Shown here piece after piece: positions 1-9,215 of a DNA stretch of 64,000 nucleotides. The stretch comes from Betaproteobacteria bacterium RIFCSPLOWO2_12_FULL_68_20. Its GTDB lineage: Bacteria; Pseudomonadota; Gammaproteobacteria; Burkholderiales; SG8-39. Position numbers and translations under genes: made by a program. Numbering within the stretch: the first letter of the stretch is position 1; every line of letters starts with the position of its first letter. The stretch is from assembly GCA_001770655.1 (NCBI GenBank), contig MERQ01000020.1, positions 4,272-68,271 of the forward strand. Direction: 5' to 3'. The notes below the pieces were generated by a model that saw only the letters and a list, made by a program, of their open reading frames with translations, was not told the DNA's origin and ran no database searches.

Positions 1-42
1 CGCGCTGTACCAAGCCTTGATCTTGTTCGCGTCGCCGGCCAT
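1..42 (-). CDS. Partial CDS running off the left edge (N-terminus MAGDANKIKAWYSA...), function unknown
   Basis: On the minus strand, AGGGGTGG (SD-like) lies 8 nt before an ATG at 42, and the frame is open to position 1. It is co-oriented with the upstream accessory genes. Only 14 codons are visible. Confidence 0.3.
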   Translation of the reverse strand, partial: MAGDANKIKAWYSA

Positions 43-56
43 GATCATGTCCACCC

Positions 57-1181
57 CTAGTTACCTACAGGTCTTGCGATCTTGCTCACAAACCAATAGG
101 AAAAATCTCCGAACTTGTCGCTCGCGTCGGGCCGCTTCCGTAGTCTTGGGCACACCAGGGCAGTCTCCCAATTGAATCCCGTTCGATTGCGCACCGTTCC
201 GCTTTGCGCAAAGCCTCGGCGCACCCCGAGAACCTCGCCAGTCACGAGATCGACAACAATCAGTTCGCCTCCAGCTACGCCAAGTTCGCGGTCACGAGGT
301 CGTTTGATGCCACGCCAAGTGAACCCGTACCGGCTCTTCGGACTGGCGTGGAATTCCTTGCGCAACGTAGTCTTGTCTCTCCCGTCATAGCCGAAGTACC
401 GCTCGACGCGCGCGTTCGGAGGAGGGGCAGCAAATACTGACTTATCAAAGCGCTCCGCCCCATACGCCGAGTCTGGTTTGCGTCGCGCCACAGACTCGAA
501 GAACTTGTATCTCGCGAATCCTCCTCGAGAAAATATCGTTTCTGGATCTTCCGCTTCCCAATCTGTGTACCCGTAGGGATCTTCCAGCACATACCTGTCT
601 TGATACGCGTCCGAGGACACCCGGCGTCGTGGCCGTACTTGGTAGATTCCTTCGACGTTATCCACCGTCTTGTAAACGAACTCCCCCGCCTCGGCCCTGC
701 ATAGCGCATCGAAGTACTGCTTGCTGGTCATGCCCTTCCTGTATACGGGTGGATTCGGCGCCTCGGGCCACTTCGGCCGCGGAGCATCCGGATAGGGCCA
801 ATATTCGGGTTCGGGCTCGCGCATCAAGCGCAGAAACTCACAACCGAAGTTAGTGGGTTGCCCCGCCTGTTTCAGGCACTCGCGATACTTGGCCGGGTCG
901 TACTCCTCGCCAAACCACTCGCGATACTGCCTCTCGAGGGGCGGCAGCTCCGCAGCTTGCGCGAACTTGCATTGCATTCCTTCCGCCATCGATCTGCCGG
1001 CGACCTTTAGACATTCCTCGCGCTGCGCATTCCAGTCCGCCAATCGCGCCCAGCCTGGCGGCGGAAAGTCTCCGCCTGCAACCGAGCTCGCCATGAACAA
1101 CGCGACGCAAGACGCGACAATGGGCAGGGCCGACGGAATGTCGTTGATGAATCCGGTTGCAGTCCTTTCGGTTTGTATCAC
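57..1181 (-). CDS. Exported hypothetical protein (candidate immunity-type protein of the T1SS locus)
   Basis: The ORF is open to 1388. GTG at 1181 has a GGGAG SD and is followed by a signal-peptide-like segment (ALPIVASCVALFMASSVA). It shares the motifs LCRAEAGEFVYKTVDNVEG and GELIVVDLVTGEVLGVRRGF with the gene at 1692-2732. Confidence 0.7.
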   Translation of the reverse strand: MIQTERTATGFINDIPSALPIVASCVALFMASSVAGGDFPPPGWARLADWNAQREECLKVAGRSMAEGMQCKFAQAAELPPLERQYREWFGEEYDPAKYRECLKQAGQPTNFGCEFLRLMREPEPEYWPYPDAPRPKWPEAPNPPVYRKGMTSKQYFDALCRAEAGEFVYKTVDNVEGIYQVRPRRRVSSDAYQDRYVLEDPYGYTDWEAEDPETIFSRGGFARYKFFESVARRKPDSAYGAERFDKSVFAAPPPNARVERYFGYDGRDKTTLRKEFHASPKSRYGFTWRGIKRPRDRELGVAGGELIVVDLVTGEVLGVRRGFAQSGTVRNRTGFNWETALVCPRLRKRPDASDKFGDFSYWFVSKIARPVGN

Positions 1182-1384
1182 ATGCTCCCGTGCCGGTGTT
1201 AACGAGTCGGGCTGCGGACCCGACGGCGCCGCCCACTCGTGTTCTCGCTTCGGCAATCGTTGGGCGTCACGCCAACCTTGTCGCATCTTCCTGAAGATGA
1301 GCAAGCGTCGACAATTCCTGCGAGCGGTTACTTGGCTCGTGTGCGCCACAAGAATCATCCACAAAAGCGACTTCGGCAACACCA

Positions 1385-1702
1385 TCATTGAGATTCCTTC
1401 CGCGACGAGCTCTTCAGCGCTGAACGAGGAATGGATAGCTCAAGATCGACTCCAGTCAGCACCTTTTCTTGCCTAGGAGAAATTCGCAATCGGTATTCCG
1501 TTTTCGTAATCTGGAGTTTGTGATCGGGGCTGTGTATGTATGTTCTCGGGCTTATCGTTGCCGGTAGGGCGACGTGCGTTTGACCAAGCAAGTCACCTTC
1601 TCCGCCAAAACGCCGTAGAACGAGAAATGGTTGGTCAACGTCGCTGCGGAAGCCCGTTGCAAAGACGGCAGTGAACCCATCCCCCTCCAGCTCAACCGCC
1701 AA
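1385..1702 (-). CDS. Hypothetical ORF, possibly the frameshifted C-terminal part of the 1692-2732 gene
   Basis: The 105-aa frame is beta-strand-like and starts 11 nt inside the upstream stop. Removing one T from CTCTTTGGCG (around 1699-1708) fuses the two frames. Its stop overlaps the ATG at 1388 (ATGA). Confidence 0.4.
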   Translation of the reverse strand: MAVELEGDGFTAVFATGFRSDVDQPFLVLRRFGGEGDLLGQTHVALPATISPRTYIHSPDHKLQITKTEYRLRISPRQEKVLTGVDLELSIPRSALKSSSRKESQ

Positions 1703-2732
1703 AGAGATTTGTGTTGTAGTCGCCGCCGAGTCCTTGACCGATCTTGATGTCCTTGTCGGGCTTTAGTAACACGATCGCACGCTCAAGAAATTCGCCGACA
1801 GAATCCTTTCTCCGTGAATATCCATATTCGAAGCCTGGCGGAAGATGCTTTTCGATGTGATCAAAGCGGCTCGTTGGCGGCCACTCGTCGACCACGCGGG
1901 CTGCTACCGAAGACGAAAAGTCCTCGGGTTTAACAATGTGTCGCTCTCGTCCTTCACGTACGAGCAGAAGGTCCTTCTGCACAATACGGACCCCCGGCAC
2001 TGGAATAAGCACTTTGCGTATGAACTCCAAATGGTCACGTTGCCACTTCCCGCGATCCTCCCGCTCGCGCCCCGCACAACCCTTCGGAAATACAAATTCG
2101 TCGCTGAGCGTCTCCATGTAGTCACGCCGCTCGGCGATAACTTCGTTTGCAACGCTATCAACGATCCGAATGTCCACTCCGTGTATCGTTGAACGCTCAT
2201 CTATGAGGCCAGCAGTCAGGTGCCTAAACGAAACGTGATAGCGAGGAACAGCACTCGTGTCCGTCAAGGAGGAAAGTGCCACGACTCTTTTGTAGCCCCC
2301 ATATCGACCACCCTTGGGACCTGCAATCCAACCGGCGCTAACATCCGGCCCTCCACCTCTGGAGGGGAAGAACAGGTCATTTCCCCATTGGTCCGTGGGC
2401 CCCCGACCTGGAGTGACCGCCACTTCCTGAACGCCGTCCACCGTGCGCCGAATTACCTCACGATCTGGTGAATCGCAAAGTACCCTATATTCATTTCCCA
2501 ATCGCCCAAGAATCGCTCTGTTCTCTTCCTGGATCTGCTTGCTCGAGAGGGAAATGCTCACGGCGGCTATTGAAGGAATTGCAATCCACGTCACTCCCAA
2601 GGTCCAAGCAAATCCCTTCTTGCCTCCTATTGCGGCTGCGACGCCGGCGATAATCAACCCGATGACCAACCAGACCGTCAAGATGATCTGTTTGACGGGC
2701 AAAAGCATGCCGAGCGTTTCGGCGGGTACCAT
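1692..2732 (-). CDS. Membrane-anchored hypothetical protein, divergent paralogue of 57-1181
   Basis: AAGGA SD before the ATG; two N-terminal hydrophobic helices; motifs YRVLCDSPDREVIRRTVDGV and GVDIRIVDSVANEVIAERRDY. Confidence 0.75.
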   Translation of the reverse strand: MVPAETLGMLLPVKQIILTVWLVIGLIIAGVAAAIGGKKGFAWTLGVTWIAIPSIAAVSISLSSKQIQEENRAILGRLGNEYRVLCDSPDREVIRRTVDGVQEVAVTPGRGPTDQWGNDLFFPSRGGGPDVSAGWIAGPKGGRYGGYKRVVALSSLTDTSAVPRYHVSFRHLTAGLIDERSTIHGVDIRIVDSVANEVIAERRDYMETLSDEFVFPKGCAGREREDRGKWQRDHLEFIRKVLIPVPGVRIVQKDLLLVREGRERHIVKPEDFSSSVAARVVDEWPPTSRFDHIEKHLPPGFEYGYSRRKDSVGEFLERAIVLLKPDKDIKIGQGLGGDYNTNLFGG

Positions 2733-2959
2733 CGCTAGTCCTTAGCGGCCGTCGCGAGCGGCGGTCTCGGCGCAGCGCCGAAGCTCACTGGATTTGCCCC
2801 GTTTCCGTGGACGGCTTAGCGCGTCACCGGCCGTACGGGTGCCGCCGGTACGCGAAATGTTTGACCATCCACCACAGCGTCCAGTCGCGCCTCGCATTGC
2901 TGTAGTCCTCCCTGTTCTTGTCCCAATCGTATAAGTACTGACACCGAATCTACGCACGC

Positions 2960-5050
2960 TCACCCCTCCCTCGACGCCGTCGCAAGCGGCTGCCGCGCGC
3001 CCGCCCCGAAGCTCATATGCCTGTCCACCTCCAGCCCCTGCGGCAACTGATGCGCAATGAACAAAATCGTCGCCGCCCCCTTCAAGGCATTCACCGTCAG
3101 CGCCAGGCTCTCCGCAGTCTTGTTGTCGAGATTGCTCGTCGCCTCGTCGAAAATCAAAATCCTCGGCCGCTTCAGCAGCGCCCGCGCGATCGCGATGCGC
3201 TGCTTCTGCCCGCCCGAGAGCCCGACCCCGTGCTCGCCCAGAAGCGTCTGATAGCCCTGCGGCAGCTTCTCGATCACCTCGTGGATCTCCGCCGCCTTGC
3301 ACGCGCCGACGATGTCCTCGAACCCGGCGTGCGGGTTCGCCATGGCGAGGTTGTCGTACACCGTCCCCGAGAAAAGCATCGTCTCCTGCGGCACCACGCC
3401 GAAGGCCTGGCGTAATTCGTTCGCCGACAGGTGGCCGATGTCGCGGCCGTCGAGCAGGATCCGCCCGTCGCCGGGCTGGTAGAAGCCGAGCAGCAGCTTC
3501 GCGAGCGTGCTCTTGCCGCAGCCCGAGGGGCCGCTCACCACCACCAGCTCGCCCGCGCGGAGCGCCAGGTCCAGGTTGCGGAAGAGATACGGATGCCGCT
3601 CGCTGTAGCGAAACGAAAGACCCTGCAGCTCCACCATCCCCGCCCCGCCCGGCTCGCGCGTCGGCGCGAGCGAGACCGGCTCGGCAGGCGCGTTCATGAT
3701 GTCGCCCAGGCGCTTCACGGCGATGTTCGCCTGCTGGAACTCCTGCCACAGGCCCGCGATCCTCAGCATCGGCTGCGCCATGCGCGCGGCAAACATCTGG
3801 AAGGCGACCAGCATGCCGATGGTGAAGCCGTCGTTGCGCATCACGAGCAGCGCCCCGACCACCAGGATTGCCATGGTCATCAGCTGCTCGAGCGCGCTCG
3901 CCACCACGTTGTAGGTGTTGGAGAGCTGGCGCGTGGCGAAGCCCGAGGCGAGGTAGGCGGCGAGGTAGTCGCCGAAGCGCCGCTCGAGCACCGGCTCGAA
4001 CTGCAGCGTCTTCACCGTCTCGACGCCCGCGATGTACTCGGTCATGAACGCCTGGTTGCGCGCGCCCAGGAGGAACTGGCGGTTGATGAGCTCGCGCAGC
4101 AACGGCGTGACGAGCACGCTGATCCCGGCGAGCACGACCACCACCCCGAGCGCGATCAGCGAGAGCTGCCAGCTGTAGGCGAGCATCACCGCGATGATCA
4201 CGACGAGGAACGGCAGATCGAGCACGAACGAGATCGCCGCGCCGGTGATGAAGTTGCGGATCGTCTCCACCCCCTGCAGGCGCGCGACCGTGGTGCCGGT
4301 CGGGCGGTGCTCGAAGTACGGCAGCGGCAGGCGAAAGAGGTGGCCGAAGACCTGCGTCGCGAGCACCGCGTCGACGCGGTTCCCGGTGTGCAGCACCAGG
4401 TACTGGCGCATCCAGCCCATCGCGGCGTTGAACACGAGGAACATCGCCAGGCCCACGGCGATCGCGATCAGCGTGCTCTGAGTCTGGTGCACGACCACCT
4501 TGTCGATAATGACTTGCGTGAAAAGCGGTGTGGACAGGCCGATGACCTGGATGGCCAGGGACGTCAGCAGGACGTCCCGCCAGATGCGCCGGTGCTTGGC
4601 GAGCTCGGGGACGAACCAGCGGAAGCCGAAGGACTTCGGCTCCTCGGGAGCTCCAGGCAGCGGCTCGGTCTCCACCGGGTCGCGCGCCGCAAGCATGACC
4701 TGCGGCTCGAACAAGGCGTCGAATTCGGTGGAAAGGCCCGTGCGCGCGGCGTCGCTGCCCGCCTCGACGTAGATCACGCGCTCGCCGTCGTGCTTGAGGA
4801 TGAGCGCGGGAGCGCCCGAGAGGAGAAACGCGACGGCGGGGAGCGGCAGCGCGTCGAAGCGCCCTCCGCGTGCGCCCGTGAAGCCGGTCTTGAATCCGTA
4901 GGCTCTCGCGGCGCTCTGCAGCGCGGCGCGGTCGTACGGCGGCGGGAACTGCTGCGCGAGCAGCGCCGAGTCGAACGGAACGCGGTGGATGCGGCAAAGG
5001 CTGCCGATCACCCAGGCGAGCTGCTCGAAGCGGAACTCTTCGCGTTCCAC
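2960..5050 (-). CDS. Type I secretion ABC transporter, HlyB family (C39-like domain + TMD + NBD)
   Basis: Walker A GPSGCGKST, signature LSGGQKQR, Walker B ILIFDEATS. The HlyB-type TMD carries LFTQVIIDKVVVH and HTGNRVD. The N-terminal C39-like domain lacks the QxxxxDCG catalytic motif. GGAGGA SD before a GTG start. Confidence 0.93.
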   Translation of the reverse strand: MEREEFRFEQLAWVIGSLCRIHRVPFDSALLAQQFPPPYDRAALQSAARAYGFKTGFTGARGGRFDALPLPAVAFLLSGAPALILKHDGERVIYVEAGSDAARTGLSTEFDALFEPQVMLAARDPVETEPLPGAPEEPKSFGFRWFVPELAKHRRIWRDVLLTSLAIQVIGLSTPLFTQVIIDKVVVHQTQSTLIAIAVGLAMFLVFNAAMGWMRQYLVLHTGNRVDAVLATQVFGHLFRLPLPYFEHRPTGTTVARLQGVETIRNFITGAAISFVLDLPFLVVIIAVMLAYSWQLSLIALGVVVVLAGISVLVTPLLRELINRQFLLGARNQAFMTEYIAGVETVKTLQFEPVLERRFGDYLAAYLASGFATRQLSNTYNVVASALEQLMTMAILVVGALLVMRNDGFTIGMLVAFQMFAARMAQPMLRIAGLWQEFQQANIAVKRLGDIMNAPAEPVSLAPTREPGGAGMVELQGLSFRYSERHPYLFRNLDLALRAGELVVVSGPSGCGKSTLAKLLLGFYQPGDGRILLDGRDIGHLSANELRQAFGVVPQETMLFSGTVYDNLAMANPHAGFEDIVGACKAAEIHEVIEKLPQGYQTLLGEHGVGLSGGQKQRIAIARALLKRPRILIFDEATSNLDNKTAESLALTVNALKGAATILFIAHQLPQGLEVDRHMSFGAGARQPLATASREG

Positions 5051-5160
5051 TCCTCCCCCTGCCTTTTCTCAGTCGACGGCGCCGCCTTCCCCAGCAGCCC
5101 GCCCCTACGGCCGAAAGGTTACCACCGACCGGTCTCGAAGTGCGGTAAAAAGCAGTAACG

Positions 5161-5230
5161 ATTCAAGGAGTTAAATCGGACGGAGAGATAAATTCGAAGC
5201 GGCGCACAGAGCTGCATTAGGAGCTTGATT
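5161..5230. promoter_or_regulatory. Two IHF-like sites next to the tRNA 3' end
   Basis: ATTCAAGGAGTTA (5161-5173, +) and AATCAAGCTCCTA (5218-5230, -) each differ by one base from the IHF consensus WATCAANNNNTTR. Confidence 0.25.
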
Positions 5231-5234
5231 CGAT

Positions 5235-5322
5235 TGGCGGAAGGGGTGGGATTCGAACCCACGAGGGCTTTCGCCCCTCCGGTTTTCAAGACCGGTGCAT
5301 TCAACCGCTCTGCCACCCTTCC
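5235..5322 (-). tRNA. tRNA-Ser (anticodon UGA)
   Basis: GGAAGGGTGGCAGAGCGGTTGAATGCACCGGTCTTGAAAACCGGAGGGGCGAAAGCCCTCGTGGGTTCGAATCCCACCCCTTCCGCCA folds as a cloverleaf with a long variable arm and an encoded CCA. Confidence 0.98.
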
Positions 5323-5432
5323 ACGCTTGAAAAAGCGGTGTCGCGCCGGCATTTTATGTCGCGGCAGGTGAAACTTCATGGTCGTCTGCTAGTCTTATGC
5401 ACGAGCGAGAAATCGCACCAAGGAGGGAAGGA

Positions 5433-6164
5433 ATGGAACCCGAGTTGAAGCCAGTACGAACCAACGACCAGGTTTTCGGGCGCGGAGCGAGCTACGAGGC
5501 GGCGCGCGAAGCCGTCATCGCGCCGTCCGCGCAGAAAGTCCTGCGCAACACCTACCTGCTGCTCGCCCTGACGATGGTGCCGACGGTGATCGGCGCCTAC
5601 ATCGGCATGCAGACGGCGGGCGTCATCATGGCGAGCCCCATCGTGAGCACGCTCGTCCTGCTCGCGGCGGTGATCGGGCTGCAGTTCGGCATCGCGGCGA
5701 ACCGCAACAGCGGCATCGGCATCGCGCTGCTGCTCCTCATGACCGGGTTGCTCGGCTGGTGGCTGGGGCCGATCCTGAACGTCGCGCTCGCGATGAAGAA
5801 CGGCATGCAGCTCGTCGGCTACGCCGCGCTCGGCACAGGCGCGATCTTCGTCGGCATGGGCGCGATCGCCGCCACGACCAAGCGCGACTTCAGCTTCATG
5901 GGGAAATTCCTCTTCGTCGGCATGATCGCGCTGCTGGTGGCGATGCTCGCCAACCTGTGGCTGCAGATCCCGGCGCTCGCGCTGACGATCTCGACGCTGG
6001 TGATCGTGGTGTTCTCGCTGTTCCTGCTCTACGACCTGAACCGCATCGTGCGCGGCGGCGAGACCAACTACCTGATGGCGACCACGGGCGTGTACATGAG
6101 CCTGTTCAACATCTTCGCCAACCTGCTGCACCTGCTGATGGCCTTTGCGGGCGAGCGCGAATAG
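5433..6164 (+). CDS. yccA: Bax inhibitor-1/YccA family membrane protein
   Basis: Motifs KVLRNTYLLLALT and ETNYLMAT..YMSLFNIF; about seven hydrophobic segments; AGGAGG SD. Confidence 0.9.
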   Translation: MEPELKPVRTNDQVFGRGASYEAAREAVIAPSAQKVLRNTYLLLALTMVPTVIGAYIGMQTAGVIMASPIVSTLVLLAAVIGLQFGIAANRNSGIGIALLLLMTGLLGWWLGPILNVALAMKNGMQLVGYAALGTGAIFVGMGAIAATTKRDFSFMGKFLFVGMIALLVAMLANLWLQIPALALTISTLVIVVFSLFLLYDLNRIVRGGETNYLMATTGVYMSLFNIFANLLHLLMAFAGERE

Positions 6165-6189
6165 CCGAAGCAGGAAAGCTCAGCAAGCA

Positions 6190-6216
6190 GGGCGCCGCGA
6201 GGCGCCCTTTCTTTTT
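6190..6216 (+). terminator. Rho-independent terminator
   Basis: GGGCGCC-GCGA-GGCGCCC followed by TTTCTTTTT, between the convergent yccA and rlmD genes. Confidence 0.8.
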
Positions 6217-6217
6217 C

Positions 6218-7501
6218 CTAACGCTCGAACAGTGCGATGCTCTCCACGTGCGCCGTGTGGGGAAACATGTTAGCCACTCCCGCGGCGGCAAGCCGGAAAC
6301 CCTTCGTGTGCACGAGCACGCCCGCGTCGCGAGCGAGCGTCGCCGGATCGCAGGAGACGTAGACGATGCGGCGCGGCCACTCGGCGGGAAGCGATTTCAC
6401 GATCCCGATCGCGCCCTCGCGCGGGGGATCGATCAGTAGCTTCTCGAACCGGCCCCACGCAGCGAGATTCGGCTCGGACAGGTCGGCGACCTCGAACTGA
6501 GCGACCAGTCCGTTCGCAGCGGCATTCTTCCGCGCCCGCTCCACCAAGTCCTTGCTGCCCTCGAACCCGATCACCTGCGCGCCGCGCGAAGCGAGCGGTA
6601 GCGAGAAGTTGCCCAGCCCGCAGTAGAGGTCGGCGATACGCTCGCCGGGCTGCGGGTCGAGCAGCCGCACCGCGCGCGATACGAGGATTCGATTCACGCC
6701 GTGGTTCACCTGGGTGAAGTCGGTCGGACCGAAAGCGATGCGCAGCCCGAACTCGGGCAGCGTGTAATAGAGCTCGCTGTCCTCCGGACGAAACGGGTGC
6801 GCGCTGTCCGGCCCACCGGGCTGAAGCCAGACGTGCACACCGTGCGCGTCGGCGAATCGCGCAAGCAACTCCTCGTCCTCGCGCGAAAGCGGCAGAAGGT
6901 GCCGGAACACGAGCACATCGCAGCCCTCGCCTCCCGCGTACTCGATCTGCGGGATGCGATCCCGGATCGAGAGACTTCCGACCAGCTCCCGCAAGGGGAG
7001 GATCAGCGCCGCGATCGGCTCGGGAAGCACCTCGCAGCCGCGCAGCTCGGCGACATGGGTCGAGTGCCGCTCGCGGAAGCCGACCAGCGCGCCCCTCGTC
7101 GCCACGTAGCGCGCCGAGAGCCGAGCGCGGCGGCGGTAGCCCCATTCCTCGCCGTAGACGATCGGCAGCATCGTCTCGGGCGCCACTTTGCCGATGCGCG
7201 CGAGGTTCTCCTCCAGCCAGCGCTGCTTCGCCGCCATCTGCGTGCGCGCGTCGGCGTGCTGCGTGGCGCAGCCGCCGCACACGCCGAAGTGCGGGCAGCG
7301 CGGCGGCCTGCGGCCCGGCGACTCGCGCAGGACGGCTGCGGTATGCGCGAGGTCGAACGAGCGCCGTTGCTCGAAGACACGCGCCTCGACGCGCTCGCCC
7401 GGCAGCGCGCCCTCGACGAACACCACCTTGCCTTCCCGGTTGCGCGCGACGCCGCGCCCCTCGGCATCAAGCGCACCGACCTCGAGAATCGTACTTTCCA
7501 T
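6218..7501 (-). CDS. rlmD: 23S rRNA (uracil1939-C5)-methyltransferase
   Basis: TRAM domain; Fe-S motif CPHFGVCGGC; FTQVN, DLYCGLGNF, DPPREG, YVSCDPATLARD and MFPHTAHVE. Confidence 0.93.
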   Translation of the reverse strand: MESTILEVGALDAEGRGVARNREGKVVFVEGALPGERVEARVFEQRRSFDLAHTAAVLRESPGRRPPRCPHFGVCGGCATQHADARTQMAAKQRWLEENLARIGKVAPETMLPIVYGEEWGYRRRARLSARYVATRGALVGFRERHSTHVAELRGCEVLPEPIAALILPLRELVGSLSIRDRIPQIEYAGGEGCDVLVFRHLLPLSREDEELLARFADAHGVHVWLQPGGPDSAHPFRPEDSELYYTLPEFGLRIAFGPTDFTQVNHGVNRILVSRAVRLLDPQPGERIADLYCGLGNFSLPLASRGAQVIGFEGSKDLVERARKNAAANGLVAQFEVADLSEPNLAAWGRFEKLLIDPPREGAIGIVKSLPAEWPRRIVYVSCDPATLARDAGVLVHTKGFRLAAAGVANMFPHTAHVESIALFER

Positions 7502-7536
7502 GGTTCCGCCGCGCCCGGAGGGCGCGCGGCAGGGTT

Positions 7537-8319
7537 TTAATCCAGCTTTTCCCAAAGCGACAGGAACTCGCGCCAGTGCGTCTCCTTCTGCTTCTCGAGC
7601 GCGGCGCGAAGCAGCGCGCATTCCTTGCGGTAGCGCTCCTCGGCGAACTGGCCGCGCATGCGCTGGAAGCGCAGGTAGAGCAGGTAGGTGTTGGCGCAGT
7701 CGGTCTCGCAGTAGTCGCGGATTTTCTTCATCTCGCCCTTGCCGTACTGCTCCCAGACCGCGGCGCCTTCGAGACCGAGCTTGCCGGGAAAGCCGCACAG
7801 CCGCGCCGCCTCGTCGAGCGGCGCGTAGTTGCGCGGCTGGTACTGGGCGAGCAGGTCCATCAGGTCGAGGTGGCGCGTGTGGTAGCGGCCGATGTAGTTG
7901 TTGTAGCGGAACTCGCGGTCCTCATCGCCCAGCTCCCAGTAGCGAGCCGCGCTCACCCCGTTCGCCAGGCCCCGGGCCTGCAGCACCGGCAGGTCGAAGC
8001 CGCCGCCGTTCCACGATACCAGCTGCGGCGTGTATTTCTCGATGCCGTCGAAGAACTTCTGGATCGTCGAGCGCTCGTCGCGCTCGGGCTCGCCGATCGA
8101 GAACAGCTGCACGCCCTCGCCGTCGCGCAGCACGCAGGAGATGACGATCACGCGCTGCAGGTGCGGCGGCAGGAAGTCGCTCCCGGTCTGCACGCGGCGC
8201 CTCTGGAAGGCGATCTCCGCGACCTCGTGATCGGCGAGCGACTCGGGCAGGCGGTGCAGCCTGCGGATCCCCGCGCAGTCGGGCACCGTCTCGATATCGA
8301 AGGCGAGGACCGGGGTCAA
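7537..8319 (-). CDS. 3'-5' exonuclease (PolB exonuclease-like, DEDD)
   Basis: Motifs LAFDIETVP, LVSWNGGGFDLPVL, HLDLMD and YCETDCANTY. The TTG start overlaps the cysM stop. Confidence 0.85.
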   Translation of the reverse strand: MTPVLAFDIETVPDCAGIRRLHRLPESLADHEVAEIAFQRRRVQTGSDFLPPHLQRVIVISCVLRDGEGVQLFSIGEPERDERSTIQKFFDGIEKYTPQLVSWNGGGFDLPVLQARGLANGVSAARYWELGDEDREFRYNNYIGRYHTRHLDLMDLLAQYQPRNYAPLDEAARLCGFPGKLGLEGAAVWEQYGKGEMKKIRDYCETDCANTYLLYLRFQRMRGQFAEERYRKECALLRAALEKQKETHWREFLSLWEKLD

Positions 8320-9215
8320 TCGGGGAACACTCCGGTGGTGAGGTAGCGGTCGCCGCGGTCGCAGATGACGGTGACGATCACCGCGTTCTTCAGCTCTCCC
8401 GCGACGCGCAGCGCGACGTGCACCGCGCCGCCCGAGGAGATGCCAGCGAAGATGCCCTCCTCGCGCGCCAGGCGCCGCGTCATCTCCTCGGCCTCGGCCT
8501 GGCTCACCAGCTCCAGCCGGTCCACGCGCTTGCGCTCGTAGATCTTCGGCAGGTAGGCCTCGGGCCACTTGCGGATGCCGGGGATCTGCGAGCCCTCGCT
8601 CGGCTGGCAGCCGATCACCTGGATCTTCGGGTTCTTCTCCTTGAAAAAGCGCGAGCAGCCCATGATGGTGCCGGTGGTGCCCATGCTGGAGACGAAGTGG
8701 GTGATTTTCCCCTCGGTGTCGCGCCAGATCTCCGGGCCCGTGGTCTGGTAGTGGACGAGCGGGTTGTCGGGGTTGGCGAACTGGTCGAGCATGATGCCCT
8801 TCTTCTCCCTCACCATCTTCTCGGCGAGGTCGCGCGCCGCCTCCATGCCGCCCTTCTGCGGCGTGAGGACGATCTCGGCGCCGTAGGCGCGCATGGTTTG
8901 CCGCCGCTCCGTCGACAGGTGCTCGGGCATGATGAGCACCATGCGGTAGCCGCGGATCGCCGCGGCCATCGCGAGCGCGATCCCGGTGTTGCCCGAGGTC
9001 GGCTCGATCAGCGTGTCGCCCGGCTTGATGCGGCCGCGCTCCTCGGCGCGCCGGATCATCGAGATCGCCGGGCGGTCCTTCACCGAGCCGGCGGGGTTGT
9101 CGCCCTCCAGCTTGGCGAGGATGACGTTGCCGCGCTTGCGGTTCTCCTCGCCCGGCAGGCGCTGCAGCCGCACGAGCGGCGTATCGCCGATGAAATCCTC
9201 GATCGTCCTGTTCAT
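8316..9215 (-). CDS. cysM: Cysteine synthase B
   Basis: PLP-lysine motif NPAGSVKDR; EPTSGNTG; SMGTTGT; GIRKWP. Confidence 0.95.
   Translation of the reverse strand: MNRTIEDFIGDTPLVRLQRLPGEENRKRGNVILAKLEGDNPAGSVKDRPAISMIRRAEERGRIKPGDTLIEPTSGNTGIALAMAAAIRGYRMVLIMPEHLSTERRQTMRAYGAEIVLTPQKGGMEAARDLAEKMVREKKGIMLDQFANPDNPLVHYQTTGPEIWRDTEGKITHFVSSMGTTGTIMGCSRFFKEKNPKIQVIGCQPSEGSQIPGIRKWPEAYLPKIYERKRVDRLELVSQAEAEEMTRRLAREEGIFAGISSGGAVHVALRVAGELKNAVIVTVICDRGDRYLTTGVFPD

Noticed and set aside
2790-2950. Short protein-like frame (..YLYDWDKNREDYSNARRDWTLWWMVKHFAY..) between the ABC transporter and the first paralogue
   Set aside because: No start codon or SD precedes this segment and I cannot assign a family. 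It could be a gene remnant, and tblastx would be needed.
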